Source of the DNA: a virus
Taxonomy: Duplodnaviria > Caudoviricetes
IMG/VR virus record: IMGVR_UViG_3300032234_001062
Location: 1 to 64,000 of that record
Strand: one strand, 5' to 3'
Length of the DNA stretch: 64,000 nucleotides
This document shows, piece after piece, positions 36,525-46,800 of the stretch. Each line of letters begins with the position of its first letter. Within the stretch, counting starts at the first letter, position 1. A program made the translations under genes and the position numbers. The notes under the pieces were generated by a model. The model was not told the DNA's origin and ran no database searches. It worked only from the letters and a program-made list of their open reading frames with translations.

Positions 36525-39406
36525 CCAATTTTTACTCGTAATTTATATGAATCACTTAAACCTGTTATCTGAGTATATGTAGTTTCAAATTCTCTGATTC
36601 TATCTATAAAAGATTGAGAGAAAATAAAATAATATTTATTTTCATCTGCATCAGTTAAATCTGATGTTGGTAATAATATTTCTATTGAATCAACAGAAGG
36701 TAATCTAATTTTATTATTTAAAAATGATTTTAAAAGTTGTAATTTAAAACCAGTTCCAATTGAAATATCTGCTATCATATTATTATAAGAAAAATTATTA
36801 TAAATAACACTTAAAGTGTCTTGAATAGCTTCTTCACGAGAATATCCTTTAGTTGGTGTAATTGCAATTTCTAATAAAAATGGATTAAATTTAACTTTCT
36901 TTAATAATGGCTCAATACCTATCATTTTTTTATCTGTATCTTTTAATTTTAATAAAAATTGATAAGCCTCACTTTCAGGGAAATAAGGATTAGGAGTTTC
37001 TGTTAATGTAATAAAATTATAAGTTTTATTTCTATAAGTAACTCTAAATTTAGTAAATGTATTATATAAATCAGTTATTCCATCTTCATCTTTTGGAAAA
37101 GAATAAGGAGATACTAAATTAGAATCATATAACTTCATTGTTATTTTTCCAAGTGTATAATCATAATTACAAGCATTAGTGTTTTGATCATCAAAAACAG
37201 ATCTATTAGTAGCTGAACCATATGTTAAAGTAGATGTACTTATTGAACTAAAAGTTAATATATCTACAGTTATTTCATTATTAATTGCTTCTATTGTTAA
37301 ATCAGAATTTTCTGTAACTAAAATTGGTAAATTATTTTCATCTACTAATGTAATAACTATTATAGGTCCAGTAGCTGAATTAGGATTTTCCCAATTTGAA
37401 ACTAAATTTGTAAATTCCTTAGAAACATTAAGGTTTTCTTTATTAAATTTAAGAGTAATTTGATGAGAATCGAAATCATAATAAGAATTTTCTAAAAAAA
37501 CTTTTCTATTTTGAGGTGAAGCATCAACTTTCTCTGGATATATTGGTAATGTAGCTAAAATAGAATCATTAGAGAAATTGAAAATTTGTACGTCTGAAAT
37601 ACTACCTGTTGATAATGATCTAATTACTAATTTTTTATCATCATTAATATAAGCAAAAGGTTTAGTAGAATCAAAACTAGAATAATATGTACTAACACTT
37701 CTAATTTTATCATTTATTTCATTTGCTAATTCTGTTGCTTTATCGTTTGAATCAACATTATATTGATTAGGATCAATAGCAACTCTAAAACAATTAACTC
37801 CATCACTTGAAGTATAATTTCCAGTACCAGATGTTTCAGAACTATCAATTAAAAAATATAGAAACTGACTACCTAAATTAATTCCTATTGAACCTATTGC
37901 ATTTTGAGATACAATTGATGCATTTGTGGATGCTAAATCAGGTAAATTAAATGATCCACTATAATTACTACCCCAAATTAAACGATCAACCTCTTTACCT
38001 CTAGAATCATATGCTGAAACATATAAACTACCATTAAGAGGTGGTTTATATGGTAAAGGAAAAGAAAAATCATTAACATTAAAGAAACTAATTAGAATAT
38101 CACTTTCTGTTCCATCGTGAATACCCTGTAAATTTAAAAAATCATTTAATTGTAATTCAAATGTTTCTTTATAAGTAATATATGTATCAGCATCTTCAGG
38201 TGTTGGAAAAACAAAATTATTAAAATTTCTAATAGGAGCAATATAATTATGATAATGTAATATTGGAACGTTTACTCCATTATATTTAGGACTTTTTACT
38301 AAATGTTTTACAGTAGATAAATTTAAAGCATTTAAAGCATCTAAATCATCAACTATTGATTTACCTCTATTAATTCGATAAGGAGCATAAAATTGAGCTA
38401 AATTTATATCTTCTCTATCAGCTCCACCACCACCTGCTAATAAATTATAAAAAGATACGCTAATATTAGTAAAATTATCAATTGGTAGTACTATGGCTTG
38501 ATTAATTCCCCTTCTAGTAATATTACTTAATATTCCTCCACCAGTTCTATAAATAATAGTTAAATTAGAAGGAGTGCTTGGAAAAGATCCTCCAAATTCA
38601 CGAGATCCAAAAATTATTTTAGCTCCACCATTAGTATCATATTTAATAATATAATGAGGAACTCCTCCCATTTCTGCAGTAAATGGTCCTTTTAAAACTG
38701 GATTAACGACAAAACTATTTGTTTCAATTAATTCAATTTCGTTAATAGTATTATATTCATAATATATTCTAATTGAATTTTCAATTATATCACTATTATT
38801 GAGATTATAAATAAACTTTTCTGTTTGATTAATTGGATTTAAAGTTATATTTTCAGTCCTAGTCACTCCACTAAAAGCATTAACTTTTACAAAATTTCCA
38901 GGTGGAATAACTATTGGTGAACGATAATCTATTTTCGTTGTTAAATTACCATTATCATCATATTCAAAATTATAAATTTCATAACTAGTTGATTCATTAT
39001 TGATTGTAGTTGCATTTAAAGAAAAACCAGCATTTAAAAAAAATTCATTAGTAAAAGATCCTCCATTAGTAGGAGCAATAGTAACCTCTACCATAGATGC
39101 TTCATTTTGTTTTAAATTCATTGAAAAATTACTAAGATAATTAATTACTGATGCTGGATCTTTAGCTTCAGTAATAAATGTTTCACGTAAAATTCTATTA
39201 GCTGTTTCAGCATTTTTAGAAAATAAGTAACTAAATACATTAATAATAAAATAAGAGAAATTATGAAATAATTCACCATCCCAAATTGAACTCCAATTAG
39301 GATCAGATTGAATCCTAGCGATTATTTCTTCAACTAAAGTATCCCTATCAAATTGAATTAAATCAGGACTCTTTATATATGATAAAGGTTTTAAATAATT
39401 AGACAT
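36521..39406 (-). CDS. gp6: Baseplate wedge protein (T4 gp6/P2 gpJ-like) with insertion
   Basis: QFDRDTLVEEII…ETFITEAKDP.SV, KIIFGSREFGG, IIYRTGGG…N, GGGADREDI; downstream of the gp25-like gene. Confidence 0.78.
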   Translation of the reverse strand: MSNYLKPLSYIKSPDLIQFDRDTLVEEIIARIQSDPNWSSIWDGELFHNFSYFIINVFSYLFSKNAETANRILRETFITEAKDPASVINYLSNFSMNLKQNEASMVEVTIAPTNGGSFTNEFFLNAGFSLNATTINNESTSYEIYNFEYDDNGNLTTKIDYRSPIVIPPGNFVKVNAFSGVTRTENITLNPINQTEKFIYNLNNSDIIENSIRIYYEYNTINEIELIETNSFVVNPVLKGPFTAEMGGVPHYIIKYDTNGGAKIIFGSREFGGSFPSTPSNLTIIYRTGGGILSNITRRGINQAIVLPIDNFTNISVSFYNLLAGGGGADREDINLAQFYAPYRINRGKSIVDDLDALNALNLSTVKHLVKSPKYNGVNVPILHYHNYIAPIRNFNNFVFPTPEDADTYITYKETFELQLNDFLNLQGIHDGTESDILISFFNVNDFSFPLPYKPPLNGSLYVSAYDSRGKEVDRLIWGSNYSGSFNLPDLASTNASIVSQNAIGSIGINLGSQFLYFLIDSSETSGTGNYTSSDGVNCFRVAIDPNQYNVDSNDKATELANEINDKIRSVSTYYSSFDSTKPFAYINDDKKLVIRSLSTGSISDVQIFNFSNDSILATLPIYPEKVDASPQNRKVFLENSYYDFDSHQITLKFNKENLNVSKEFTNLVSNWENPNSATGPIIVITLVDENNLPILVTENSDLTIEAINNEITVDILTFSSISTSTLTYGSATNRSVFDDQNTNACNYDYTLGKITMKLYDSNLVSPYSFPKDEDGITDLYNTFTKFRVTYRNKTYNFITLTETPNPYFPESEAYQFLLKLKDTDKKMIGIEPLLKKVKFNPFLLEIAITPTKGYSREEAIQDTLSVIYNNFSYNNMIADISIGTGFKLQLLKSFLNNKIRLPSVDSIEILLPTSDLTDADENKYYFIFSQSFIDRIREFETTYTQITGLSDSYKLRVKIG

Positions 39407-39409
39407 TAA

Positions 39410-39772
39410 TTAACTCTCATAAATTTTAAATATACTTATTTCTTCTAACGTATTTGTTTCAGTAACATAAATATTCATATTTATTATAATACCATTTTGT
39501 CCTGAATCAGTTCCTAATATTTCTATGGATATATCTTCAATTTCTAAATCTGGTTCATAAGTTTGAAATAAAAAAGTTATTTCATTTATTAAATCTTCTG
39601 CTGTAGTCTCATCTTCTGGTTCATGAAAAAAATCATCTATTAAACTACCATAATCAGGATAACCTAAAATATCTCCACTCTTTGTAAATAGTAATCTTTC
39701 TATTCTTGCTCCAAGATAATCTTTATCAGCCACAATAGATGATTTTTTATCGTTTAAAACTAATCCTTGCAT
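39410..39772 (-). CDS. gp25: Baseplate wedge protein gp25-like
   Basis: IERLLFTKSGDILGYPDYGS.I.DF.HEP…QTYEP; 120 aa. Confidence 0.8.
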   Translation of the reverse strand: MQGLVLNDKKSSIVADKDYLGARIERLLFTKSGDILGYPDYGSLIDDFFHEPEDETTAEDLINEITFLFQTYEPDLEIEDISIEILGTDSGQNGIIINMNIYVTETNTLEEISIFKIYES

Positions 39773-39778
39773 ATAATA

Positions 39779-39786
39779 TATTTTTA
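39779..39786 (-). promoter_or_regulatory. TAAAAATA motif 6 nt upstream of SD-less ATG 39772, in the divergent promoter region
   Basis: TAAAAATA-TATTAT-ATG; 39773-39971 is an almost pure A/T divergent intergenic region. Confidence 0.4.
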
Positions 39787-39971
39787 TTTTATTAATACCA
39801 TTTATTTTTTTATTTTATCATAAATATTTATTTTTTTTATAATTTAACATTTAATAATAAAGAAAAATTAATTATTAAATTATTTTTTACCTTAATATTA
39901 AAACATAAAATTAAAAAGATATTTTTATGTTTTTTTAGAATTTTTTCAATAAAAACAAATAAAATACTTAT

Positions 39972-42281
39972 ATGGCTGAAAAAAGTAAAAATCAAATATC
40001 TAGTGCTTTTAAAGAAATAAAGCAACGAATTGGAAAAAATGAAACTAATCCTGAAATTGTTGGATCTCCTGATTGGAAGGATTTTAAAGATGATTCTTTA
40101 ATTCCTTTAACATCTATTTTTTCTGATTTAGAATCTACTTCTATTGGTAGAGACTTATCTAAACATCTCAATAATATAATTAATACATTTGAAAGAGATG
40201 ATAGATATGAAAGATATTATTTAGCAATGAGAATGCCAGAAATTGACGGCGCTCTTGATATTTATGCTTCTGAGACAGCCACTCAGGATAGTCAAGGTAA
40301 TATAATTAATGTTTTTTGTTCTTCATCAAAAGTTCAAAAAATAATCAATGATCTTTTCGACAGAATTGGTATGGAAGATAAAGGTTTTGATATTATTAAA
40401 GGTATGTGTGCTTATGGTGATGAATTTTATGAAATAATTTATTCTAAAAATGGTAAAAGTATACATTCAATTAATATGATTCCAAGAGAATATGTTGGAA
40501 GATATGAGGAAAATGGTGTTTTAAAAAATTTCTTTATTAGAAAAAGTAAAAAAACTCGCGATAAAAGAGATTCATATTATTCTTTTGATTATGCTCAAAT
40601 GAATAAAAGCGAACACGTTGAAATTGATCCATTTAGAATTTTACATTGGAGAATTAGTAATAGTGATTTTGCTCCTTATGGTAAAAGTATTTTAGATTCA
40701 GTAATAACTCCGTTAGAGGAATTAAGATTAATGGAGCAAAGTTTACTATTAGCTAGGATTTCTAGAGCTCCTGAACGTAGAATTTATTATGTTAATGTTG
40801 GACAAGCTCAAGGTGAAAAAGGAATTGCAATGGCCCGTGAGATTGTGAAAGGCCTTAAAAGAAAATCAATTTTAGATAGAGGTAATGGAAATAAATTAGA
40901 TAATAACATTGATTTTTTTGGTGCTAGTGAAGATTTAGTAGTTCCTTTTAGAAAAGATGAAGAACGTAGTTCTATTGAAAGTCTACCACAATTAAATGAT
41001 CCAGGACAATTACAAGATTTAGAATTTATTCGAGATAGAATTTTTCCTGGTTTAGGTATTCCAAGACAGTACCTATTTGATGATACTTTCGCTAATGCTA
41101 ATACTAATCTTTCTAATAAAAACATTCAATTTGCTAAAAGAATTCGTAGGATTCAAAAATATTTCATTTATAATCTTTATAAAATAGCATATATTGAATT
41201 AAAATTAAAAAACGTTCCTAAAAAAGATTATGAAGATTTATTAATTACAATGAATAATCCAAGTAATGTTGATATTAGAGAAAAATTAGAAACTGAATCT
41301 AATAAATGGAATTTAATTTCATCTATTAAATCTATGAATAGTGAAAAAGTATTTTATAACGATTTTCAAATCTATCAAGATGTTCTTGGAATGAATTATG
41401 ACGAAATTTTAAAATTAATGATTCAAAATATTGCTCAAGAACAAGATCGTAATCCATTTGCTTTTGTTGAGGAAGATAAACGTCCAGCTGATTTCTTAAT
41501 TGTAGATCAATTAAAAACAGAAGAAGGAGAAGAAGGTGGAGGTGGAGCTGAAGATACTGGCGAAATACCTCCTGAAGCTGAAGATGCATTCTCTGATATG
41601 GAACCAACAGAAACTCCAGAAGAAGAAACTACTCCTACAGAAACAGAAGAAACTCCACCTGAAGGTGAAATAGAAGAAGAACCTGTAGAGGGTGAAGAAA
41701 CTCCAATTGAAGATCTTTCTGATCAAGGTGGAGAGGAAATAGGTGGATTATTCTCTAAATCTGATGAAACTGAAGAAGATCTTTCTGATCAAGGTGGAGA
41801 GGAAATAGGTGGATTATTCTCTGAACCTAAGAAAAAACAAAAAGATCTTTCTGATCAAGGTGGAAGAGAAATAGGTGGATTATTCTCTGAGCCTAAGAAA
41901 AAACAAAAAGATCTTTCTGATCAAGGTGGAAGAGAAATAGGTGGATTATTCTCTGAACCTAAGAAAAAACAAAAAGATCTTTCTGATCAAGGAGCAAGAG
42001 AAATCGAAAGTATTTTTAGTTCATTTAATCCAAAAGATAAAAAGAAAAAACAAATTATTTTTGAAGAAGCATTAAATCGTGCTAAAAATTTTACTAAGAA
42101 AAAATTAGGTAAAATTGATGAAGAATTAGAAGTAAATGATGTTGAAATCTTTAAAAATGAAATTAAAAATAATCCAAAATATACTGTTCCGATTTATAGT
42201 GAAGATTTTTTAAGAATAAGTGCTGAATTTACTGGCATTGAAAAAATTCAAGAAAAACAAACTTATTTTGAAGAAAAATAA
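39972..42281 (+). CDS. gp20: Portal protein (T4 gp20-like) with acidic/repeat C-terminal extension
   Basis: PEIDGALDIYASE, LRLMEQSLLLARISRAPERRIYYVNVG, SSIESLP…LGQLQDLEFI-type motifs, GLGIP, FAKRIRRIQKYF. Confidence 0.92.
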   Translation: MAEKSKNQISSAFKEIKQRIGKNETNPEIVGSPDWKDFKDDSLIPLTSIFSDLESTSIGRDLSKHLNNIINTFERDDRYERYYLAMRMPEIDGALDIYASETATQDSQGNIINVFCSSSKVQKIINDLFDRIGMEDKGFDIIKGMCAYGDEFYEIIYSKNGKSIHSINMIPREYVGRYEENGVLKNFFIRKSKKTRDKRDSYYSFDYAQMNKSEHVEIDPFRILHWRISNSDFAPYGKSILDSVITPLEELRLMEQSLLLARISRAPERRIYYVNVGQAQGEKGIAMAREIVKGLKRKSILDRGNGNKLDNNIDFFGASEDLVVPFRKDEERSSIESLPQLNDPGQLQDLEFIRDRIFPGLGIPRQYLFDDTFANANTNLSNKNIQFAKRIRRIQKYFIYNLYKIAYIELKLKNVPKKDYEDLLITMNNPSNVDIREKLETESNKWNLISSIKSMNSEKVFYNDFQIYQDVLGMNYDEILKLMIQNIAQEQDRNPFAFVEEDKRPADFLIVDQLKTEEGEEGGGGAEDTGEIPPEAEDAFSDMEPTETPEEETTPTETEETPPEGEIEEEPVEGEETPIEDLSDQGGEEIGGLFSKSDETEEDLSDQGGEEIGGLFSEPKKKQKDLSDQGGREIGGLFSEPKKKQKDLSDQGGREIGGLFSEPKKKQKDLSDQGAREIESIFSSFNPKDKKKKQIIFEEALNRAKNFTKKKLGKIDEELEVNDVEIFKNEIKNNPKYTVPIYSEDFLRISAEFTGIEKIQEKQTYFEEK
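41712..42020 (+). repeat. In-frame 66-bp (22-aa) tandem repeat, 5 copies, last degenerate
   Basis: GATCTTTCTGATCAAGG starts at 41712, 41778, 41844, 41910 and 41976; encodes DLSDQGG(E/R)EIGGLFS(EPKKKQK). Confidence 0.95.
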
Positions 42282-42299
42282 TAAAAATAATATTAAGTA

Positions 42300-42309
42300 C
42301 ATAAAAATA
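42300..42309 (+). promoter_or_regulatory. CATAAAAATA motif (putative late promoter)
   Basis: Lies 6 nt upstream of the GGAGA SD of 42329..42673. Confidence 0.45.
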
Positions 42310-42328
42310 ATATAAGGAGATTTAAAAA

Positions 42329-42673
42329 ATGAGAGATTTTTTAGAATATGTAGAAAAAAGCAAAGAGGATTCTACGAATTCGCTTGATTTTTACATGGAA
42401 GGATTTTTAAGTGATATATCTAAACTAGATGGGGTTGATCCTGAGAAAACTTTTATCATTGGTTTTTTAGCAGGTAAAGGAATAAACATTAATAATAATC
42501 GTCAACAAATTATGAATTTACTTTCTAATGAAGAAATTCTTTCACCAACTGAAGCAATTTCTGCTATTAAAGATGATAATATGACTATTAAGGATTTAAG
42601 AACCGCTCTTTCTTCTTCATTAACTTCACTTAGAACAATTTTAAAAGAAGATAAAAAAGAAGAGATGGTTTAA
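42329..42673 (+). CDS. Putative prohead core/internal head protein
   Basis: Directly after the portal; N-terminus MRDFLEYVE resembles the T4 capsid-targeting sequence MKTYQEFIAE. Confidence 0.4.
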   Translation: MRDFLEYVEKSKEDSTNSLDFYMEGFLSDISKLDGVDPEKTFIIGFLAGKGININNNRQQIMNLLSNEEILSPTEAISAIKDDNMTIKDLRTALSSSLTSLRTILKEDKKEEMV

Positions 42674-43200
42674 ATTAATTCAGAATAATAGTCTTTGACT
42701 ATTTCCTCTGGTATATGAAGGTCTGTAGGATTATTTCTTATATGTTCTATGGATCTTTTTATTTTTTGTTTTACAGCTTCAATATTATTTTTAATTTCAT
42801 TTTCCCATATATAAATGATTGGAATATTATTAATTTTAGAAATCTTTCTTTTTAGAATATCATTTCTGAGATTTTTCTTTTGTAATTTATTTAATTTATG
42901 ACGTTTTTTAATTCCTTCAAAAAAATCAAGAGAATGAAAATAATCACCATGAACTTCTAATAATAATCTCCACTGTAACTGTTCAATTCCCATCTTATAT
43001 TCATATAAACAAAAATCATAAGATTTAATTTTATTTCGATGAGATAAACGATATTCTTGATGAAAAGGAATGTTAATTGACACTAATATTTCTCTTATAC
43101 TTTTTTCTGGTCCACTTTCTCGATGGGCACCATTTTTCCATTTAAAACTTTTTAAAATTTTTTTTGTTTTTTGCTTCTTACTGATTTTTTTTCTTTTCAT
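42670..43200 (-). CDS. Vsr/DUF559-like PD-(D/E)xK endonuclease (possible free-standing homing endonuclease)
   Basis: SGPEKSIREIL…QEY…YDF…LEVHGDYFHS…NDILK…IIYIWE. Confidence 0.75.
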   Translation of the reverse strand: MKRKKISKKQKTKKILKSFKWKNGAHRESGPEKSIREILVSINIPFHQEYRLSHRNKIKSYDFCLYEYKMGIEQLQWRLLLEVHGDYFHSLDFFEGIKKRHKLNKLQKKNLRNDILKRKISKINNIPIIYIWENEIKNNIEAVKQKIKRSIEHIRNNPTDLHIPEEIVKDYYSELI

Positions 43201-43252
43201 TCAATAAAATTAAATAAAACTTTTATTATTTTTAATCGAAAAAATAATAAGT

Positions 43253-43864
43253 ATGATAAAAAATAATTTATTAAGAACAGGTGGAATTTATCGTATCATT
43301 TATACAACTTGGAAAACTCAAGAAAGACCAATTTCTTTTATTCTTTACAGTGGACCTAGTAAAATTCACGCGCTTAATATTAATGCCAAAAACATGTCAA
43401 TCCTAGATATAAGAAAATTCGTAACTTTTGTAAAAAGAATGAAAAATATTAGAGGAGTTGAAAAATATACTGGAAGAGTTTTATACTCTATCCTTAGAAA
43501 ATATTTTCCTGATATAATAAGAAAAACTTATCGTACTTATTCTACATCTAATGTTCTTGGATTTTCACTTGTAAGTACTGGTATAGTACCTCCTCAATTT
43601 TATACAGATTATGAGAGAAGTTATTATAATAAATTTATTTATAATCAAGCACAATTCGATACTCTTTTAAAAGTTTTTAATTTTGAATCTAAAACCAAAT
43701 ATACTCCGCCTTTAAAACCAACACTTTATAATCCACAACAAGAAATTAAAGTTAAGTTAGAAGATGAAAGAAAACCAATTATTGAAGATCAAAAAAGAGA
43801 ATTAATTGTTCCATCTAATCAAGGAAAAGAAAACGATTTCTTCTCAATATATGATGAGGATTAA
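43253..43864 (+). CDS. Hypothetical protein, weakly T4 gp2 (DNA end protector)-like
   Basis: GGIYRIIY…PISFI…ALNIN and …YRTYSTSNV loosely follow the gp2 pattern. Confidence 0.35.
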   Translation: MIKNNLLRTGGIYRIIYTTWKTQERPISFILYSGPSKIHALNINAKNMSILDIRKFVTFVKRMKNIRGVEKYTGRVLYSILRKYFPDIIRKTYRTYSTSNVLGFSLVSTGIVPPQFYTDYERSYYNKFIYNQAQFDTLLKVFNFESKTKYTPPLKPTLYNPQQEIKVKLEDERKPIIEDQKRELIVPSNQGKENDFFSIYDED

Positions 43865-43866
43865 AA

Positions 43867-46800
43867 ATGCCACAAATTAAAGTAATACATAATAATTTTT
43901 TATTATTGATAGGTGCAAGAAATCCAGAAGATAGAAATGAAGGTAGTACTGCTAAATCTAGTAATTGGTTATTAGATAGTGTAAATTCTTTTGTTAATAC
44001 AACAGCTGAATATATAAAAGAAAAGACTGGTAGAACCTCTGCTGATGATAAAAATACTGTTAAAAAAGAAAAATCTGATTCTACTAGCACTAAAAAAAAT
44101 GAAACGAATGCTAATAAAAGTAATGGAATTACAATTGAAACTCCTAAACGAACTGGACAAAGATTACTAAAACAGACGGTTACAAACTCAGGAAATAAAA
44201 ATGAATCAAGTTTACAACAAAATTCTGAGCAAGTAAGTGATAAAAAAACTGAAGATATTGCTCCTAAAAAACAAAATAATGAATCAGTAACTAATTCAAA
44301 AGGTTCTAGTAGTGGTAGTATTAATACAGCAGACACTACTAGTAATACGAATAATATAAATTCTGGACAAGGAGGATATTCTCCTTTACCTAGTAATTAC
44401 GGAGATAATTACACAGATAATTTTTATCTAAATAATTATAAAAGTACAGATTATGATAGTTCTAAAGGAGCTTTTTTAACTGAAAAAAATAATAATCAGT
44501 TAGAAACAGTAAAAGGAGAACCTAAAACATTTAAAATAGATCCTGATAAGCAAGAAGATATAAAAAAAATTAAAGAAGAATTGAAAAAAAAAGTACCATT
44601 ATTAAATTTAAATAATGTTAAAATATCTAATAAAAAACCTCTTTTTATAAAAAGTTATTCAGCTCATCATTTTTTAAATCCTTATATTAGATGCTATATT
44701 GTAATAAAAAATTTTAATGATGAATTTTCTTTTAGAGAGAATCTAGAAACGACTTTTTTTGATATACCATATAACATGATAGAATCTTTTAGTATTGAGT
44801 ATGCAAGTCAATCAGCAATAAATGGAAATTTTAGACTAACAGTAAGTGATACTAGTGGAGTAATAGGAAATATTTTTACTGCTATGTTATATAGTTTAGG
44901 ATATAATGCTGATCTGATAAATGGAGTTCCTAAAATTAACATAGAATTTGGTTGGAGTACAAAAGGACTTAAAAGATTACCAAAAAGAGAGAAAAATAGA
45001 ATGTTAACTAAAAACTTTTTTTCTGAGTTTTTAGTTATAGGCATAGATATGAATTATGATCAAAAATTTAAACAAGAAATAGTAATATCTGGTAGACAAG
45101 AAAAAACAAGTATTAGTGCTTTATTAGATGATCCTAATTCTAAAATTACACCTTATGCATTATTAGGACAATATCCAACTGAAGCATTAAAAATGTTAGT
45201 ATATCATAATGTTTTAAGAAATGCAAGTATAAGTAAAGTTGATAATCAAAAATTTATTGACGATGTATTTAAACCAAATAAAAATAACGCTAAAGAATTA
45301 TCTAAACAACACAATGATGCAATAAATGAATTTAAAACATGTAGTTTTAATCCAAATTTTTTTGGAAAAAAAATTAAAGAAGATCAAAAAAAATTATTAA
45401 GTGATTTTAGACCACAAATTGCTACTTTAATTCAACCAAACACTTTTTTTAATAGTTTTACATTTAATAATACAAAAAATATAGAAAAAATATTAGCAAT
45501 TAAAAGTCAAAATTTAACTAATATACAATCTCAATCATATTTTTCTCCATTTTTATTATTTTCTTTTATGTTAAATATGTATATAAATGAAGTTATAAAA
45601 GAAGAAGCTGAATTAAGTTCATATATATTAAGTTTCGTTGATTTTACAAATGTTAAATGGGGAATATCAACTCCAGGTACTACTAAAATATCACAAATAG
45701 ACACATTTGAAACGTTATGTAGTTATGAATATAATGCTTCAATTAATAGATTAAATTCTAAACAGGAATCTTTTTTAAATTCTAATAATTTTAAATTATC
45801 ACCTAAGGATACATGGGGAGAAGTATTAGAACTTTTAATAAGTAAAATTTTTATTTCTGAAACTAATCCGCCAGAAAGATTATTTATGGTTCACAATAAA
45901 TATACTAGTCAAAACATTAATTCAGATCCTACTAAAGAAAGAACTTATACCGAGTTTGATGATTTAAAGGCAAAAGGTAGATTAAATTATTCACTTAGAT
46001 CAAAAGATACTTTATTACAACATATAGATTTAGTAGTTGAATCATTAGAAAAAAATAAAGATAATTCTAAAAAAAATAATAATGATGTAATTGTAAAAAG
46101 TTTAAAAGCTGAAAAAACTAAGATTGAAGAATTTATAGCAACAAATACAGATTTTATATTTTTTGTTATAAGTCCTGGAGCTAGTTTTGTGACTGAAAAA
46201 AATTTACAAAGCTTTCTTATATTACAACAATATACCGTATTTCCAAAAATAAATAGTTCTAAAAACTTATCATATCAAAATTTCAATTCTGGTAAAAAGA
46301 GACTTAGAGATGAATCTTTTCCAGATGTAATAAGTTTTCAACCAAAAATAAATTTTTTAAATACTATTGCTGATCATATAAATCATGTTAGTGATATTGA
46401 ATTAAGTACCGGATTTCTTAAAGCAGCTGAATCCACAATATCTATAAAATTTGATAAAGAAAATGAATCTAAAAAAACATTAAAAGAACTGATTGAAGAA
46501 ATAAATAAAATTTTAAAAACTGACGCTGATTCAACATTAAAAATAACACTTAACACTGAAGGATATTATCAAATAAATGATTTTACAAGTGCAACTGTTA
46601 ATTCTGAAAATTTAAAATTGATTAATGAATATATAACTAAACATACTATATCAAAATTAACACAAAAACAAAAAAAAGATTTTAATTCTGATGATTATAA
46701 AGAAATAGTTACAAGATTCGAAAATTTAAAAAATGAAATAGAACAAAAAAGAAAAAAAATAGCATATGGATATCATTTTGATAAATTAAATACTATTTTT

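Noticed and set aside
41712-42020. Portal 66-bp repeats as a CRISPR array
   Set aside because: The period is a multiple of 3 inside an open ORF, the would-be spacers are themselves repeated, and there are no cas genes or leader.
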